NCBI GenBank assembly: GCA_030141605.1
Contig: JAQGDQ010001646.1
Coordinates: 1 to 30,939 of the forward strand
DNA length: 30,939 nt
Direction: 5' to 3'
DNA from: Tubiluchus corallicola
Taxonomy: Eukaryota > Animalia > Priapulida
Positions 10,325 to 24,498 of the stretch are shown here, piece after piece. The notes below the pieces were generated by a model. The model saw only the letters and a program-made list of their open reading frames with translations. It was not told the DNA's origin and searched no databases. Each line of letters starts with the position of its first letter. Within the stretch, counting starts at the first letter, position 1. Position numbers and translations under genes: made by a program.

Positions 10325-10806
10325 AGTCAGTCAGTCAGTCAGCTGGTCATATGGTCGGTCAGTTGGTCTGTCGGTTTTTGCGCTTGTCCGCAGTCAGTTA
10401 GTCAGCCAGTCTATCAGTCGGTGAGCTTGTCTGCAGTTAGTTAGTCAGTCATTCCGTCAGCCAGTCTGTCTGTCCGTCTGTCCGTCCGTCCATCCGTCTG
10501 TCCGTTCGTCTGTCTGTTTGTCTGTCTGTCTGTTTGTTTGTCTGTCTGTCTATCCATCTATCTGTCTGTCCGTTCGTCCCGCCTGTCTGTCCGTTCGTCT
10601 GTCTCTCTTTCTTTCCATCGGTCTGTCTGTCCGCCTGTCTGTCTGTCCTTTCGTCTGTCTGCCCGTCTATCTGTCTGTCCGTCCACCCGTCCGTCTGTCT
10701 ATCTGTCTATCCCTCTGCCTGTCTGTCCGTCCGCCTGTCTGTTTGTTTGTCTGTCTATCTGTCTATCCGTCTGCCTGTCCGTCCGCCTGTCTGTCTGTCT
10801 GTCTGT
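10325..10806. repeat. Degenerate tetranucleotide microsatellite (CAGT grading to CTGT/CCGT/CTAT)
   Basis: Direct reading. Explains ORFs 10518, 10534 and 10538. Confidence 0.93.
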
Positions 10807-11195
10807 TAGTAAGCTTTTTCAATGTTCTAGAAGTTAAAAAGAGCAGCGAGGCAAATTGCGAGGCAGTATAATTAACAATAGCAACGGGTCGTAACATCAG
10901 CTACATAATTCACGAGGCGTGCATTGTAAATTTTATTTCGCGGCATCAATTTTTAATGTTCTTATCAATGAGTTAAAGCCGATTATATAACTGCCGTGTT
11001 AACACGTTGCCTGGTTCAATCGTACACACATACAGTTTGTAAGTTTTAGACATTTTACTTGAAGTTTTAGCCATGTGTAGTTTGCAAGGCAAGTCACCCC
11101 CTCCCCCAACTTTACATTAATTCCAAATTCCAACTATTTTTTAACTGCCTTAAATCATGCAGAAATCACCAGTAGTATTAAACTAAAAAAAATAA

Positions 11196-11812
11196 AACAA
11201 AACCGGACCCAATCTCAAACTGTAGGTCAAAATAATCTACTCTTTAAAATGTTGGAAATATAGTATTTTTTCAAAAATGACTTAGGTGAAACAATTATTA
11301 GCACACAAACACAATTTCACGTTCACGCCACTAGTTTTTCACTGTCACTTGCATTTCACCATTCACGAGTTAGACGGGCACTAACGCCTGCATTTCGGAA
11401 ATGCGTTGTACAGAAAACAGGTGCTGTACCTCTCAGTTCAGATGTGTCAGTTTATGACGAATTACAGACGTTCGACAGCTCGACCACAGCGCTAAATTTG
11501 AAATTTGATTTTTTATCTTAAAACTTGCCTTGTTTTAGTACAACACATTGAATATCTTACAGTAGCACTGTACTTCAATTTTCGCTTTAGCAAACATGTG
11601 CAACACGCTCATGGAAAATTACGTTATTTTGTGATATCATCAATAGTGGGCTCGCCGGCCGTTAACTAAGTTTTAAATCTATTATTTAATTATCAGAAAC
11701 GCTTGGCAGTGTTAAAATGTGTTAATTGTGTTAATTATTAATTGTGTTAAAATGTAAACTTTTTATAGAACGCGAGAATGGGATAGTATATGAAAAATCA
11801 TCCCGTCTTCGT
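11196..11812 (+). mobile_element. Kolobok-like MITE family K1, near full-length copy
   Basis: AACAAAACCGGACCCAATCTCAAACTGTAGGTCA...AATCATCCCGTCTTCGT, colinear with the reverse complement of 26292-26867. TTAA flanks are decayed (ATAA / TTAG). Confidence 0.78.
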
Positions 11813-12203
11813 TTAGATGTTAAGATTTAAACTCATTTTAATTATTATTTAACGTAAACGTTAATGATAATTCGTATATATAGCATTTATTGGTTTAAGT
11901 GTTAGACAATTTTATCTGATAGAAATTAAATTACATCTAGTCTATAGGAACACAAACTAAACTGACAAAATGCAAAGGTATTCACAGGTAAACGTTTGCA
12001 GATCTAACACACCACAAGTAATACTGACAGGAAACGTTTGCTCACTTAAGACTCCATAAATAGTTGTTGTTTTGAAAAGTAGCGAAAGAAATGTGTCTTG
12101 CTTTGTACGACAACATCTCGTTTTTGAAAGTAGCGAAAAATTCCTATTTATAACATCATTATTACGCTATAGACTTTATTTTCACATAAACGTTAATTGA
12201 ATT

Positions 12204-13152
12204 TCAATCAATCAATCAATAAATTTATTGCACTCCAGCAATACATATGCAATACATCAACATACAATGTTATTGAAAAAAAATAAACAGTATAGGTCAA
12301 AAACGTTGATTAAGTCAAATTAATCAAATAAAAGAGTTGCTGTATGGCATCTTGAAAGCTTGGCTTGTTAGGGTGGCACAAATGAGTGAATGAAAGAATG
12401 GTTAGGGTCAGAAGAAATGATGGAATAGAAAAATAGTAAGATTAGGGATAGGAAGAAGGAAGGGAGGGAAGGATGAGTGAATGAAAGAATGGTTAGGGTT
12501 AGCAGACATGATGGAACGGAAAAAGGTTAGTAGACATGATGGAATTGAAAAATCGTAAGTTTGGAGAAAGGAAGAAGGAAGGGAGGGGAGGATGAGTGAA
12601 TGAAAGAATGGTAAGGGTTAGTAGAGTTGATAGAATGAAAAAATAGTAAGATTAGAGATAGGAAGAAGGAAGGGAGGAGAGAATGAGTGAATGAAAGAAT
12701 GGTTAGGGTTAGTAGAAATGATGGAATGGAAAAAATAGCAAGATTAGGGATAGGAAGAAGGAAGAGAGGAGAGGATGAGTGAATGAAAGAATGGTTAGGG
12801 TTAGTAGAGTTGTTAGAATGAAAAAATAGTAAGATTAGAGATAGGAAGAAGGAAGGGAGGAGAGAATGAGTGAATGAAAGAATGGTTAGGGTTAGTAAAA
12901 ATGATGGAATGGAAAAAGTAGCAAGATTAGGGATAGGAAGAAGGAAGAGAGGAGAGGATGAGTGAATGAAAGAATGGTTAGGGTTAGTAGACATGATGGA
13001 ATGGGAAAAATAGCAAGATTAGGGATAGGAAGAAGGAAGGGAGGGAAGGATGAGTGAATGGAAAAACAGTTAGGGTTAGTAGACGCGATGGAATGGGAAA
13101 AATAATAAGATTAGGGATAGGAAGAAGGAAAAGAGGAGAAGAAACGACCACA
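12204..13152 (-). mobile_element. Retroposon-like element copy 2 with the internal 91/92-bp repeat expanded to 8 units
   Basis: Same tail ((TTGA)n on minus), hairpin and distal end (GGAGAAGAAACGACCACA) as 8034-8405. ATGAGTGAATG anchors at 12382, 12473, 12592, 12683, 12775, 12866, 12958 and 13050. Confidence 0.75.
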
Positions 13153-13753
13153 AATTTCATAAGTTAATTTGACAACTCTTAAACCGTTGCTTTGCTTTGT
13201 TAACGATATTGGCTCCTTTTCGGGTAAGCTTTGAATGGATAAGCGCTATACTTCACAGAACTAGGTGGGCTTGAATAGCTTCAAAAGTGGCAAATGAACT
13301 TTTGTATTTCAAGGATGACCTCGGAGCTCGATCAAGTCCACCTCTTCAATGCTCCTAAGGAGCCGAAGAACCGAATAATAGCTTCATTAGAAATTCTCTT
13401 GACTATGGAAGTAGAAAAAGTTGTTTATGGTTCACTGCAGCTATTGTTGTGTTTTTCTCACATGTGAATGTGAAATGCAACTTGATAGCGTCACTTTCAT
13501 TCCTCTATGCGGATAATGGGCTTGAAGGTTTTGTCCATAGTAAGTTCAGAAGCGTACGTTTTGTGTAGCTGTAATGGCGTCATTTTAATGAAAATCGTTG
13601 TTCACCGGGCACTGACCTTTGGCAGCTTTGATTGTGACCTTGACTTTTGACCTCTCTATATAAGAAATTTGCTTTTATGCTGAATATTCAAGTACAATTT
13701 GTGTCACCAAAGTAACCAACACCACCACTAACAGCAACTCGAACAGCTTTATC

Positions 13754-13984
13754 CATTATTATCATTATCGTCATCATCACTGTCATCATCATAATCTTCA
13801 TCATCGTCTCTATCATCATCACCAACACCATCATTATCATCATCGTTTGTCATTATTACCACCACCACCATCATCGTCATCATCATTGTCATCGGATTAT
13901 TCGTATGTTATCATCATCATTATCATCTTCATCATATCATTGTCAACGTCGTCATCATCATCACCATCATCATTATCATCGTCG

Positions 13985-14038
<54 letters not shown>

Positions 14039-14122
14039 CCATCATTTGTACGTCATTATTACGACCATCACCATCACCATCATTGTCATCCTGTTATTCC
14101 TATGTCATCATCATCTTGATCA

Positions 14123-14193
<71 letters not shown>

Positions 14194-14310
14194 CCATTAT
14201 CATCACCATCATCATCACCACCACCATCATCATCATCACCATCAGCATCGTCACCATCACCATCATCATCATCGTTATCACCATCACCATCATCATCATC
14301 AGTATCGTGA
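13754..14310. repeat. (CAT)n microsatellite, partly degenerate
   Basis: Direct reading. Gives the poly-H/S/I and poly-D/M ORFs. Confidence 0.95.
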
Positions 14311-14461
14311 TTGTCACATGAACTATACATAATTTGAGGAAAATAAGTATGCTTAGTTCTTCTTTCTGTCATTTGTTAATATAAGACACATTAGGATGCA
14401 GATCTTGTTGGTTTTTCTTTCTATTATTTCAACTCTGAAAGCTTTTATAATCAATTACGTC

Positions 14462-14682
14462 TTGTATTCTAGCTCTGTGTTTTGTATTGTAGCTCTGTGT
14501 TTTGTATTGTAGCTCTGTGTTTTGTATTGTAGCTCTGTGTTTTGTATTGTAGGTCTGTGTTTTGTATTGTAGCTCTGTGTTTTGTATTGTAGGTCTGTGT
14601 TTTGTATTGTAGGTCTGTGTTTTGTATTGTAGCTCTGTGTTTTGTATTGTAGGCCTGTGTTTTCTATTGTAGGTCTGTGTTT
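14462..14682 (+). repeat. 20-bp minisatellite (~11 units)
   Basis: TTGTATTGTAG(C/G)TCTGTGTT with period 20. Confidence 0.96.
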
Positions 14683-15518
14683 TTCTTCCGTTGTTTGTTT
14701 ACACGTCCAAATCTGTTTCTGTCCTTCTCTTGCCCTTTTCCAACGAAATGTACAGAATGTTTGTCTGTTGTGTGTAGAATTCATTCCCAGAATGCACTGG
14801 TATGGATTTTCTGACTGAAGAGTCGTTTTTACCTGGCGAGTTCTTTGTACCTGTGCTGTTGTTATTTCGCACCTGTTTTTCAGTCTAATTTATAACCTTG
14901 CACGCGGCGCGGTGTGAAAGCAATCTCTATAAATTTATTAATAGGTTCTTTTCTTCCTAGCCTGCCGCTGTGAACTGTATGGGTGCGTTGGATTGCGGCA
15001 TTCACGAATCCGCGCAGTGCTCAGCGTGCCGTCTTTAATTGTACGATTGTGCGAAACGTAGGTGTGAACTACAGATTTAAATATTCGCCGCGATATCAAA
15101 CGTAGCAATCGATTCGGTGGATTGCATTTGCTTAAATTTCCGCGAGGTAGTCGTGCGTCATAATTCGGGTGAAGATATTCGCTGAAAGGTGTTAGAAATT
15201 CTTAGCAGATTAACAGACAAACAAACACTCATGCAGAAGAGTTACAAATGACATGTTTCATACGGAAACACCCTTTCATTTAAGTTGTAGGAGACAGTAG
15301 TTCTTAATTACCTGGAGAAACTGACCAACCCTTTTAACAAAACCTGATCACGAACCTCTCATCGTTTCCTCTTTTTTAGTTCTGACCAAATTGGGAACAG
15401 AAATGACATCGACTGAGAATGAATGGGTTTCTGCTCTAATCGGGTTTCTTAGCTCTGTTCTTATCCTTCTTTTGTACATGGTGCAGTGTAGTCGACGAGA
15501 GTGGCGACAGAGCGAACA

Positions 15519-16020
15519 ATGACGATGATAATGATGATGTTGTTGATGGTGGTGGTGGTGATTGTGATGGTGACGGTGACGATGATTATGGTGAAGATGA
15601 TGATGATGTGATGATGATGATGGTGATTGTGATCGTGATGGTGGTAGTGACGGTGATGATGATGATGGTGATGATGATGATGATGATGATGATTGTAATG
15701 GTGACGGTGACGATGACGATGATGATGACGATGACGACGACGACCATTACGATGATGACGATGGCATGGGCGATGATAATAATGATCGTGATGATGATGA
15801 TGACATTTGTGATAGTGACAGTGGTTGTGACGGTGACGACGACGATGATGATGATGACGACGACGACGACGACGACAATGGTGGTGATGATAACAATGAT
15901 GATGGTGGTGACGAAGGTGACTGATGATGACACTGCTGCAATGATAATGATGATAATATTGCTGCTGGTTGCGATGATGATGATAATGATGATCGTGATG
16001 GTGATCTAGGTAGGATGGTA
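15519..16020. repeat. Degenerate (GAT/GAC/GGT)n block, homologous to 18789-19175
   Basis: Triplet repeat with shared interruptions (TTGTGATAGTGACAGTGG; GATGATGGTGGTGACGAAG) and a shared right flank AGGTAGGAT(AGGAT)GGTA. Confidence 0.9.
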
Positions 16021-16493
16021 GCGTTGGTGAGAACTGTAAAAGGAAATGTGAAGAACACGCGTTTTCGTGCTCTTTGTAAGGTACCTATGCCGGGTTGTTA
16101 CTTTAATGCTAATCAGCATTAAGTAACTTGTTTACCACTTACTGAAATGATTAACGATGACAGAATGGGGATTGATGAACATGTAATCGATCAGCATGAA
16201 TTCAAGCATTCACTGCAGGAAACACCACTACTACGTCTTTCTGTACAAGTTACGTTCATGCGATTATAAGCCAATATTATTCTCTGGTTTTCATACAATA
16301 ATCAAATATATATTAAAAGCTACTGAGCATAGCGTCCGGATAGCATGTATGTAAACTAAGAAAATTTTGATGATTGAAAATGAAATGCCGCTTAAGAGAA
16401 CATGTTATTCCTGCATGTAGAACTGTTACTTGAAAATTCATTTTCCTCGGGTTTCTTATCTGTGGAATTATTTACTAAATAAATCAGCAGCAG

Positions 16494-17222
<729 letters not shown>

Positions 17223-17345
17223 TGATACACAAAATTGTTTTCATTACAAAGTTTTTCTCTCTGTCCATCATTTATTTATTAATGTATGTCTTACTTAACA
17301 CTGTATCTCATTCATCTTACTTACACTGCGAGGTAGTTGTTAAAA

Positions 17346-17400
17346 TTTCAATTCAATTCAATTTTATTTCACACGTAGCAAATTGTCCACACAGATAAAT
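17346..17400 (-). mobile_element. Possible retroposon 3' tail ((TTGAA)n preceded by AATAAA on the minus strand)
   Basis: Plus strand TTCAATTCAATTCAATTTTATTTC; same tail type as 28760-28790. The extent of the body is not determined. Confidence 0.4.
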
Positions 17401-17875
17401 TTAAGTCATTGAAGAGAATTAGTTTGATAATTAATCAATAACTATAAAGCATGTGCACAAGTTTGACTTGAATAATTTAAGCATACGATGGTAAGCATAC
17501 GATTTCTCAACTTCTGTTTTCCTATCTGTTAGTCCATACAATGAGCTATCAATACATTAAATAATTCATTCCCAGGAGTAATGGACTGTAGGTAGAGTAG
17601 GTTCAATGTCCAAGATTTGCCTCGCGTTGTCCAGTGAGGCGTAAGACATCCCCTTGATAAGCATGACATTGCTTGCCTACACGTGTTATCGGCAATGCAT
17701 TGACCTAGCTATGAGGAACATGTGTGAATCGGGCAAGTTTAAGGTTCACCTGTAATGTGCACCTGTAATTTGTTGTAGTGTTGTCAACGTGAACAAATGA
17801 CTTCACTGCAAACTGACAGAAAATTACGTTTGTTCGAAAAAAGGAAAAGAAATTCTTTTTAGTACACAGGTTGTT

Positions 17876-17961
17876 TAACAGATGGCGATATATATATATA
17901 TATATATATATATAGTGGAAACAGTTTTAGCAGATGGCGATATAAGTACGTAGTGGAAACA
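17876..17961 (+). repeat. Short tandem duplication, one copy containing (TA)n
   Basis: CAGATGGCGATA[TA]nTAGTGGAAACA followed by CAGATGGCGATATAAGTACGTAGTGGAAACA. Confidence 0.8.
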
Positions 17962-18788
17962 CTTTAGTATTGTATGCTGGCCAGTTATATGGCAGCTTCC
18001 TTTGACAAAAGCTAGTACTCTTTTAATCGCTTAGCTTAGACATTCATCCATTCTTTTATTGTGCGGGTTCTGTGTTGCTTAACTGTGACCTATAGGGCAC
18101 GACGATCTATTCTTAGCTATTTCACCTTCCTCTACCATGCTCAGTCAATTAGGCACGTTATCACCTGAGTTTGTTTTAAAAGCCCTACCCTCTTACGAGT
18201 TGCCAACGTGTTTTATCAAAAGCATTTGCGCATTATCAAGTTGGCCAAGCTCAATGTGGTGTCGGCCAAGCTCAATATCGAACACGCATTGCCTAATCTG
18301 TATCTTAGCTGATCTAGTCAAAACATTTAATCGTGATATTCTCGAACACTGAAAAATGAGAATACTTAGTCGACCCCATACTTGGATACTTTCGAAAGTG
18401 AATTCTGCTTTTAGCCGTAGCCGTAACCGTGCCCGCAGTGTTAGTAACTGTAACGCACAGTGCAACCAATTGCGGTTCAAGGAACCGGAGAAGTGGCCGT
18501 AATTTAACTTCATTACAAGCGCTTGTAATACAAAACATGATAGTGATTGATTGAGGTAGAGAGATCTTAACTGCCTGGCCTAGGGCAATGCCACCCAAAC
18601 ACTTTACACTTTGACACTTGAAATTGTTCTGGTTGTCACGTCTGAGGTACCATACTCACGTTTATATACTTCAACAATGGCCCGCATGCTGTCAGTTGTT
18701 TAAAACAATATCGCCTCTGGTATGTAAGCAAGTGGTCTATGTGCCATACGTATCCGTAACACAGGTAGCCGTGTTTGTAGTGACATTG

Positions 18789-19175
18789 GCGATGATGATA
18801 ATGAACGTGATGATGATGACAATTGTGATAGTGACAGTGGGGGTGATGGTGACGATGATGATGATGGTGATGGAAATGATGATGATGATAATGATGACGA
18901 CCACGATGACCACGATGATGATGATGATGGTGATATTGATGATGATGAAAGTGATGATAACCGTGATGATGGTGGTGACGAAGATGAGTGATGATGTTGA
19001 TGGTGGTGGTGGTGATGACGATGATGATGATGGTGATGGAAATGATGATGATGATGAAAGTGATGATAACAGTGATGATGGTGGTGACGACGATGATGAT
19101 GATGATGATGATGATAGTGGTGGTGATGACGACGATGATGATGATGGTGGTGATACAGGTAGGATAGGATGGTAC
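18789..19175. repeat. Degenerate (GAT/GGT)n block, homologous to 15519-16020
   Basis: Shares interruptions and right flank with 15519-16020. Confidence 0.9.
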
Positions 19176-19382
19176 CAGGTGTTCGTAACAATTAACTGTT
19201 TGTTATTCACCAAATTGTGTGTAATTAATGATGGACATAATTAAGTACAGTTTGACAGCTGCTGTTGTGATGTGATATAATTAGACCTTAGTTTTTGCAC
19301 TTTAGTTTTTCTTAGTCAGCACTGGACACATTTGTCTTGAACAGTGTTGTAATCGTAACATTCAATTTTCAATTCATAAAGA

Positions 19383-19398
19383 ATATATATATATATAT

Positions 19399-19452
<54 letters not shown>

Positions 19453-19467
19453 CGTTTGTGTGTGTGT
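19383..19467. repeat. (TA)n(TG)n compound microsatellite
   Basis: Direct reading. Confidence 0.96.
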
Positions 19468-19478
19468 AGACAGCTTAA

Positions 19479-19952
19479 AGAAAACCAGATGATTGTGTAA
19501 ACATGAGTTCAGAATAAAGTAACGCTCTAAAATATTGAAAACTACAATAACTTTTTTAAATCAAAGCTTGAAATAAATAATAATTACCTCGGATTCTCAA
19601 GTTTCGTTAAACTTTCATAGCTACGCTACCATTATAAGCATGATCATTAACTGCCGTGTTAGTTTCTGACGTCATATGATGCAAAGCCCATTTTTTCGTG
19701 ACATTACGCGTTTAAGCAGTACTGTAACACTTATGCAAATGTGCTTGATGCGCAAGGGCAGACGCCTGCCATTGCACCAACTGTGGTTAGTTTGTGACGT
19801 ACGGAATAGCTGTGTTCGGTTGCCGTTAATTAACTTTCTAAACTCATTATTAAAATATAGGAAACAAATGCTAACTTTTATAGGCAAGAAAATGTATATT
19901 TTGGACAGTAAACTAAAATGAGATTGAGTCTAAACAATCATCCGGTCTTCCC
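19479..19952 (+). mobile_element. Kolobok-like MITE family K2, copy with both ends
   Basis: TTAA (19475-19478) AGAAAACCAGATGATTGTGTAAAC ... TCTAAACAATCATCCGGTCTTCCC TTAA (19953-19956): imperfect ~24-bp TIRs, purine-purine start and TTAA duplication. Homologous to 28840-29347. Confidence 0.82.
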
Positions 19953-20029
19953 TTAATAAGTGAAGTGGGCTCTATCTCACGACCACAACGGTATATGCAA
20001 GCGTTGTCCTTTGAACACTTAACAACGGT

Positions 20030-20537
20030 ATCCGTTACAATACGGAAATAGTGTGACAATCCTTAACAATGAAGTTAATGCCATTAGGGTAAAATGGAAC
20101 ACTGCTTAATAGAAAAATATTCGATTTTAGACAAAATGAAAGCGTCAAATTGTTAATGTATTTTTGTGGCACAATGCCTGCGAATTATTCAATTGATAGT
20201 TGAAAATTAAACTTTGTGAGAAGAATTGTAAACTCTTGCACATTGAGAATTCCAAACCTATGCTACTATGTAAATAAAAGTCGAGTAAATTTAAGATTTA
20301 AATATGGTTGTACTGAAGATCTAAACGAAAATGTAAAATAAAAGGTTAAGAACTCATTTAAAGACTATGTTTTAAGATACCAATTATAGTTTCTTACAAC
20401 ACTGTATACTGTAATATAATTCCAAGGGAACTACAATGTGTGGTTATTATAAAGTTGAATGTCTGTAGTCTGTAGATATGTTACTTTACTAACATCCTGT
20501 TGTCTTTGTAAGCTGTATATTTTTATGCAAAATAAAC

Positions 20538-20621
<84 letters not shown>

Positions 20622-20638
20622 TAACAATAATAATAATG

Positions 20639-20696
<58 letters not shown>

Positions 20697-20705
20697 TAAT
20701 AATAA
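20030..20705 (+). mobile_element. Decayed non-LTR retrotransposon 3' end (RT C-terminal region, 3' UTR, AATAAA, (AAT)n tail)
   Basis: My translation from 20032 gives PLQYGNSVTILNNEVNAIRVKWNTA, a 1-nt frameshift near 20108, then RKIFDFRQNESVKLLMYFCGTMPANYSIDS*KLNF. This resembles the P..YG...WN..xRKIF post-RT region of LINE ORF2 (clade uncertain). AATAAA at ~20531 is followed by ~165 bp of (AAT)n. Confidence 0.7.
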
Positions 20706-20782
20706 AACAGAATTTACTTCAGCTGTTTAATTCGTCCGTTGTATTGTGAAATCAAAGCTAGTTGAACAAAGAAATTGGAAAA

Positions 20783-20858
20783 GTCCGAGCCGGGGATCGA
20801 ACCAGGGACCATTTGATTAGAAATTGGCTAACAAACCACTCAGCACACAGAACAGGTC
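20783..20858 (-). mobile_element. tRNA-derived SINE-like head
   Basis: Minus strand GTGCTGAGTGG (A-box-like) ... GGTCCCTGGTTCGATCCCCGG (B-box GGTTCGANNC). No complete cloverleaf. Confidence 0.6.
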
Positions 20859-21445
20859 TCAATTCAATCCTAATCAGTTCGTCGACCAATCTAGCAGTTC
20901 CAAATCTTAGGCTTCTCACACTAGAGTGATTACTAACTTAATTAGATTCATTTTTCTAATTAGTTTAGAGGCTGCAGAGAAGTGAGAAAACTAAGACTTG
21001 GAATTTCTGGATTTGAATTAGTGGCGCATCTTGGTCATAGGTGGCTCTGTAGTCATTTGCAACAGTATTTACGCTGACATTTGATTGTTTGAGTATACTT
21101 AGAACGGCAAAACTGATTCTGTACACACTATACTCGTTGTTTCACTGATTAATAAACTGATCAGCGAATTAGAGTTAAGTGGATTTGCTTAGCTTACCTT
21201 GCTGCTTGCTCTTGCTGCTGCTTGTTTTATTCGCATCTACCTGCAACTAAATCTCGCTCCTGCGAAAAGAAATACTCAATCACAGCTAACCTACTGAGTA
21301 TTGGGCACCTATCCATACCTTGGCCGGGGCTGATCACGTCTGATGTCGGTAGTGGTTGCTCGGGAGTTTATAATAAGGATGAGAAGTTTTATACTAAACA
21401 TAATTATATAGTAACACGACAATGCAGTAATACGGGCGATACTAA

Positions 21446-21803
<358 letters not shown>

Positions 21804-21894
21804 TTGAAGAATCTTGAAGACTGGAAGATTTTGGAATCGCTTTAAAATTCTCTGTTGTTGGCTAAATACATGTATCTCACTGCTTAAAGCGAAA

Positions 21895-22048
21895 CTTTAT
21901 GTTGTGATTATTAAGCTGAGGAAACGACTGCATTAGTTTCCCTTTTGTTCACCTGCCCAAATCATTTAACATTAGAAAACTTATTTGGAAACTCTACAAA
22001 GCTCGTAATTCCCCGTAAAGGCGCTTGGTGTCGCTGAAACAATTTCCC
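21895..22048 (+). repeat. Dispersed repeat fragment, inverted homolog at 26990-27141
   Basis: AAATCATTTAACATTAGAAAACTTATTTGGAAACTCTACAAAGC...TTGGTGTCGCTGAAACAATTTCCC matches the reverse complement of GGGAAATTGTTTCAGCGACACCAAGCG...TTTCTAATGTTAAATGATTT. Confidence 0.85.
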
Positions 22049-24355
22049 ATCACCACTACAGCCAGTAACTCAACGCATACCACTGATACTACCATCACCA
22101 CTACAGTCAGTAACTCGACACGTACCACTGATACTACCATCACTACTACAGCCAGTAACTCAACGCATATCACTGATACTACCATCACCACCACAGCCAG
22201 TAACTCAACCCGCACCACTGATACTACCATCACCACCACAGCCAGTAACTCAACGCATATCACTGATACTACCATCACCACTATAGCCAGTAACTCAATG
22301 CGTATCACTGATACTACTGTCACCACTACAGCCAGTAACTCAACGCGTACCACTAATACTACCATCACCACTACAGCCAGTAACTCAACGCGTACCACTG
22401 ATACTACCTTCACCACTACAGCCAGTAACTCAACGCGTACCACTGATACTACCATCACCACTACAGCCAGTAACTCAACGCGTACCACTGATACTACCAT
22501 CACCACTACAGCCAGTAACTCAACACGTATCACTGATACTACCATCACCACTACAGCCAGTAACTCAACGCATATCACTGATACTACCATCACCACTACA
22601 GCCAGTAACTCAACAAGCACCACTAATACTACCATCACCACTACAGCCAGTAACTCAACGCGTATCACTGATACTACCATCACAACTACAGCCAGTAACT
22701 CAACGCGTATCACTAATACTACCATCACCACTACAGCCAGTAACTCAACGCGTACCACTGATACTACCATCACCACTACAGCCAGTAACTCAACACATAC
22801 CACTGATACTACCATCACCACTACAGCCAGTAACTCAACACGTATCACTAATACTGCCATCATCACCACAGCCAGTAACTCAACGCGTATCACTGATACT
22901 ACCATCACAACTACAGCCATTAACTCAATGCGTATCACTAATACTACCATCACAACTACAGCCAGTAACTCAACGCGTACCACTAATACTACCATCACCA
23001 CTACAGCCAGTAACTCAACGCGTACCACTGATACTACCACCACCACTACAGCCAGTAACTCAACACGTACGTACCACTGATACTACCATCACCACAGCCA
23101 GTAACTCAACACGTACCACTGATACTACCATCACAACTACAGCCAGTAACTCAACGCGTACGTACCACTGATACTACCATCACAACTACAGCCAGTAACT
23201 CAACGCGTACCACTGATACTACCATCACCACCACAGCCAGTAACTCAACCCGTACCACTGATACTACCATCACCACCACAGCCAGTAACTCGACGCATAC
23301 CACTGATACTACCATCACCACTACAGCCAGTAACTCAACGCGCACCACTGATACTACCATCACCACTACAGCCAGTAACTCAACGCGTACCACTGATACT
23401 ACCATCACCACGACAGTCAGTAACTCAACGCGTATCACTAATACTACCATCACCACCACAGCCAGTAACTCAACGCGTACCACTGATACTACCATCACCA
23501 CTACAGCCAGTAACTCAACGCGTACCACTGATACTACCATCACCACGACAGTCAGTAACTCAACGCGTATCACTAATACTACCATCACCACCACAGCCAG
23601 TAACTCAATGCGTACCACTGATACTACCATCAGCACTACAGCCAGTAACTCAACGCGTATCACTAATACTACCATCACCACCACAGCCAGTAACTCAATG
23701 CGTACCACTGATACTACCATCACCACTACAGCCAGTAACTCAACGCGTACCACTGATACTACCATCACCACTACAGCCAGTAACTCAACACGTACGTACC
23801 ACTGATACTACCATCACCACAGCCAGTAACTCAACGCGTACCACTAATACTACCATCACCACCACAGCCAGTAACTCAACGCGTACCACTGATACTACCA
23901 TCACCACCACAGCCAGTAACTCAACGCGTACCACTGATACTACCATCACCACCACAGCCAGTAACTCAACACGTACCACTGATACTACCATCACCACCAC
24001 AGCCAGTAACTCAACGCGTACCACTGATACTACCATCACCACTACAGCCAGTAACTCAACGCGTACCACTGATACTACCATCACCACTACAGCCAGTAAC
24101 TCAACGCGTACCACTGATACTACCATCACCACTACAGCCAGTAACTCAACGCGTATCACTAATACTACCATCACCACCACAGCCAGTAACTCAATGCGTA
24201 CCACTGATACTACCATCACCACTACAGCCAGTAACTCAACGCGTACCACTGATACTACCATCACCACTACAGCCAGTAACTCAACGCGTACCACTGATAC
24301 TACCATCACCACTACAGCCAGTAACTCAACGCGTATCACTGATACTACCATCACC
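22047..24355 (+). repeat. 45-bp minisatellite array B1 (~51 units)
   Basis: Unit CCATCACCACTACAGCCAGTAACTCAACGCGTACCACTGATACTA. 4-bp duplications near 23070, 23160 and 23795 break the reading frame. Confidence 0.98.
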
Positions 24356-24498
24356 GTTAATTTTCAATATACTAATCTATTTATAAAAAGGGCAGGAGGC
24401 TAGATGACACTATGGTCCTTCCCTACCCTGCTCCATGATTATAATTACTTAATATTTAACAAACTTTTGATGTTAAACTAATTGGAGAAAATAAATGT

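Noticed and set aside
13190-13480. Minus-strand FFGSLG...EIQKFICHF, faintly like the XPG-nuclease region of Academ-type transposon proteins
   Set aside because: Interrupted by stops, with key motifs visible only after assumed frameshifts. It would need a TBLASTX or HMM hit.
18314-18598. CVTVTNTAGTVTATAK resembling an Ig-domain F-G strand motif
   Set aside because: Lacks the D-x-G-x-Y-x-C context and upstream Trp, shows no clear splice sites, and the match is too short.
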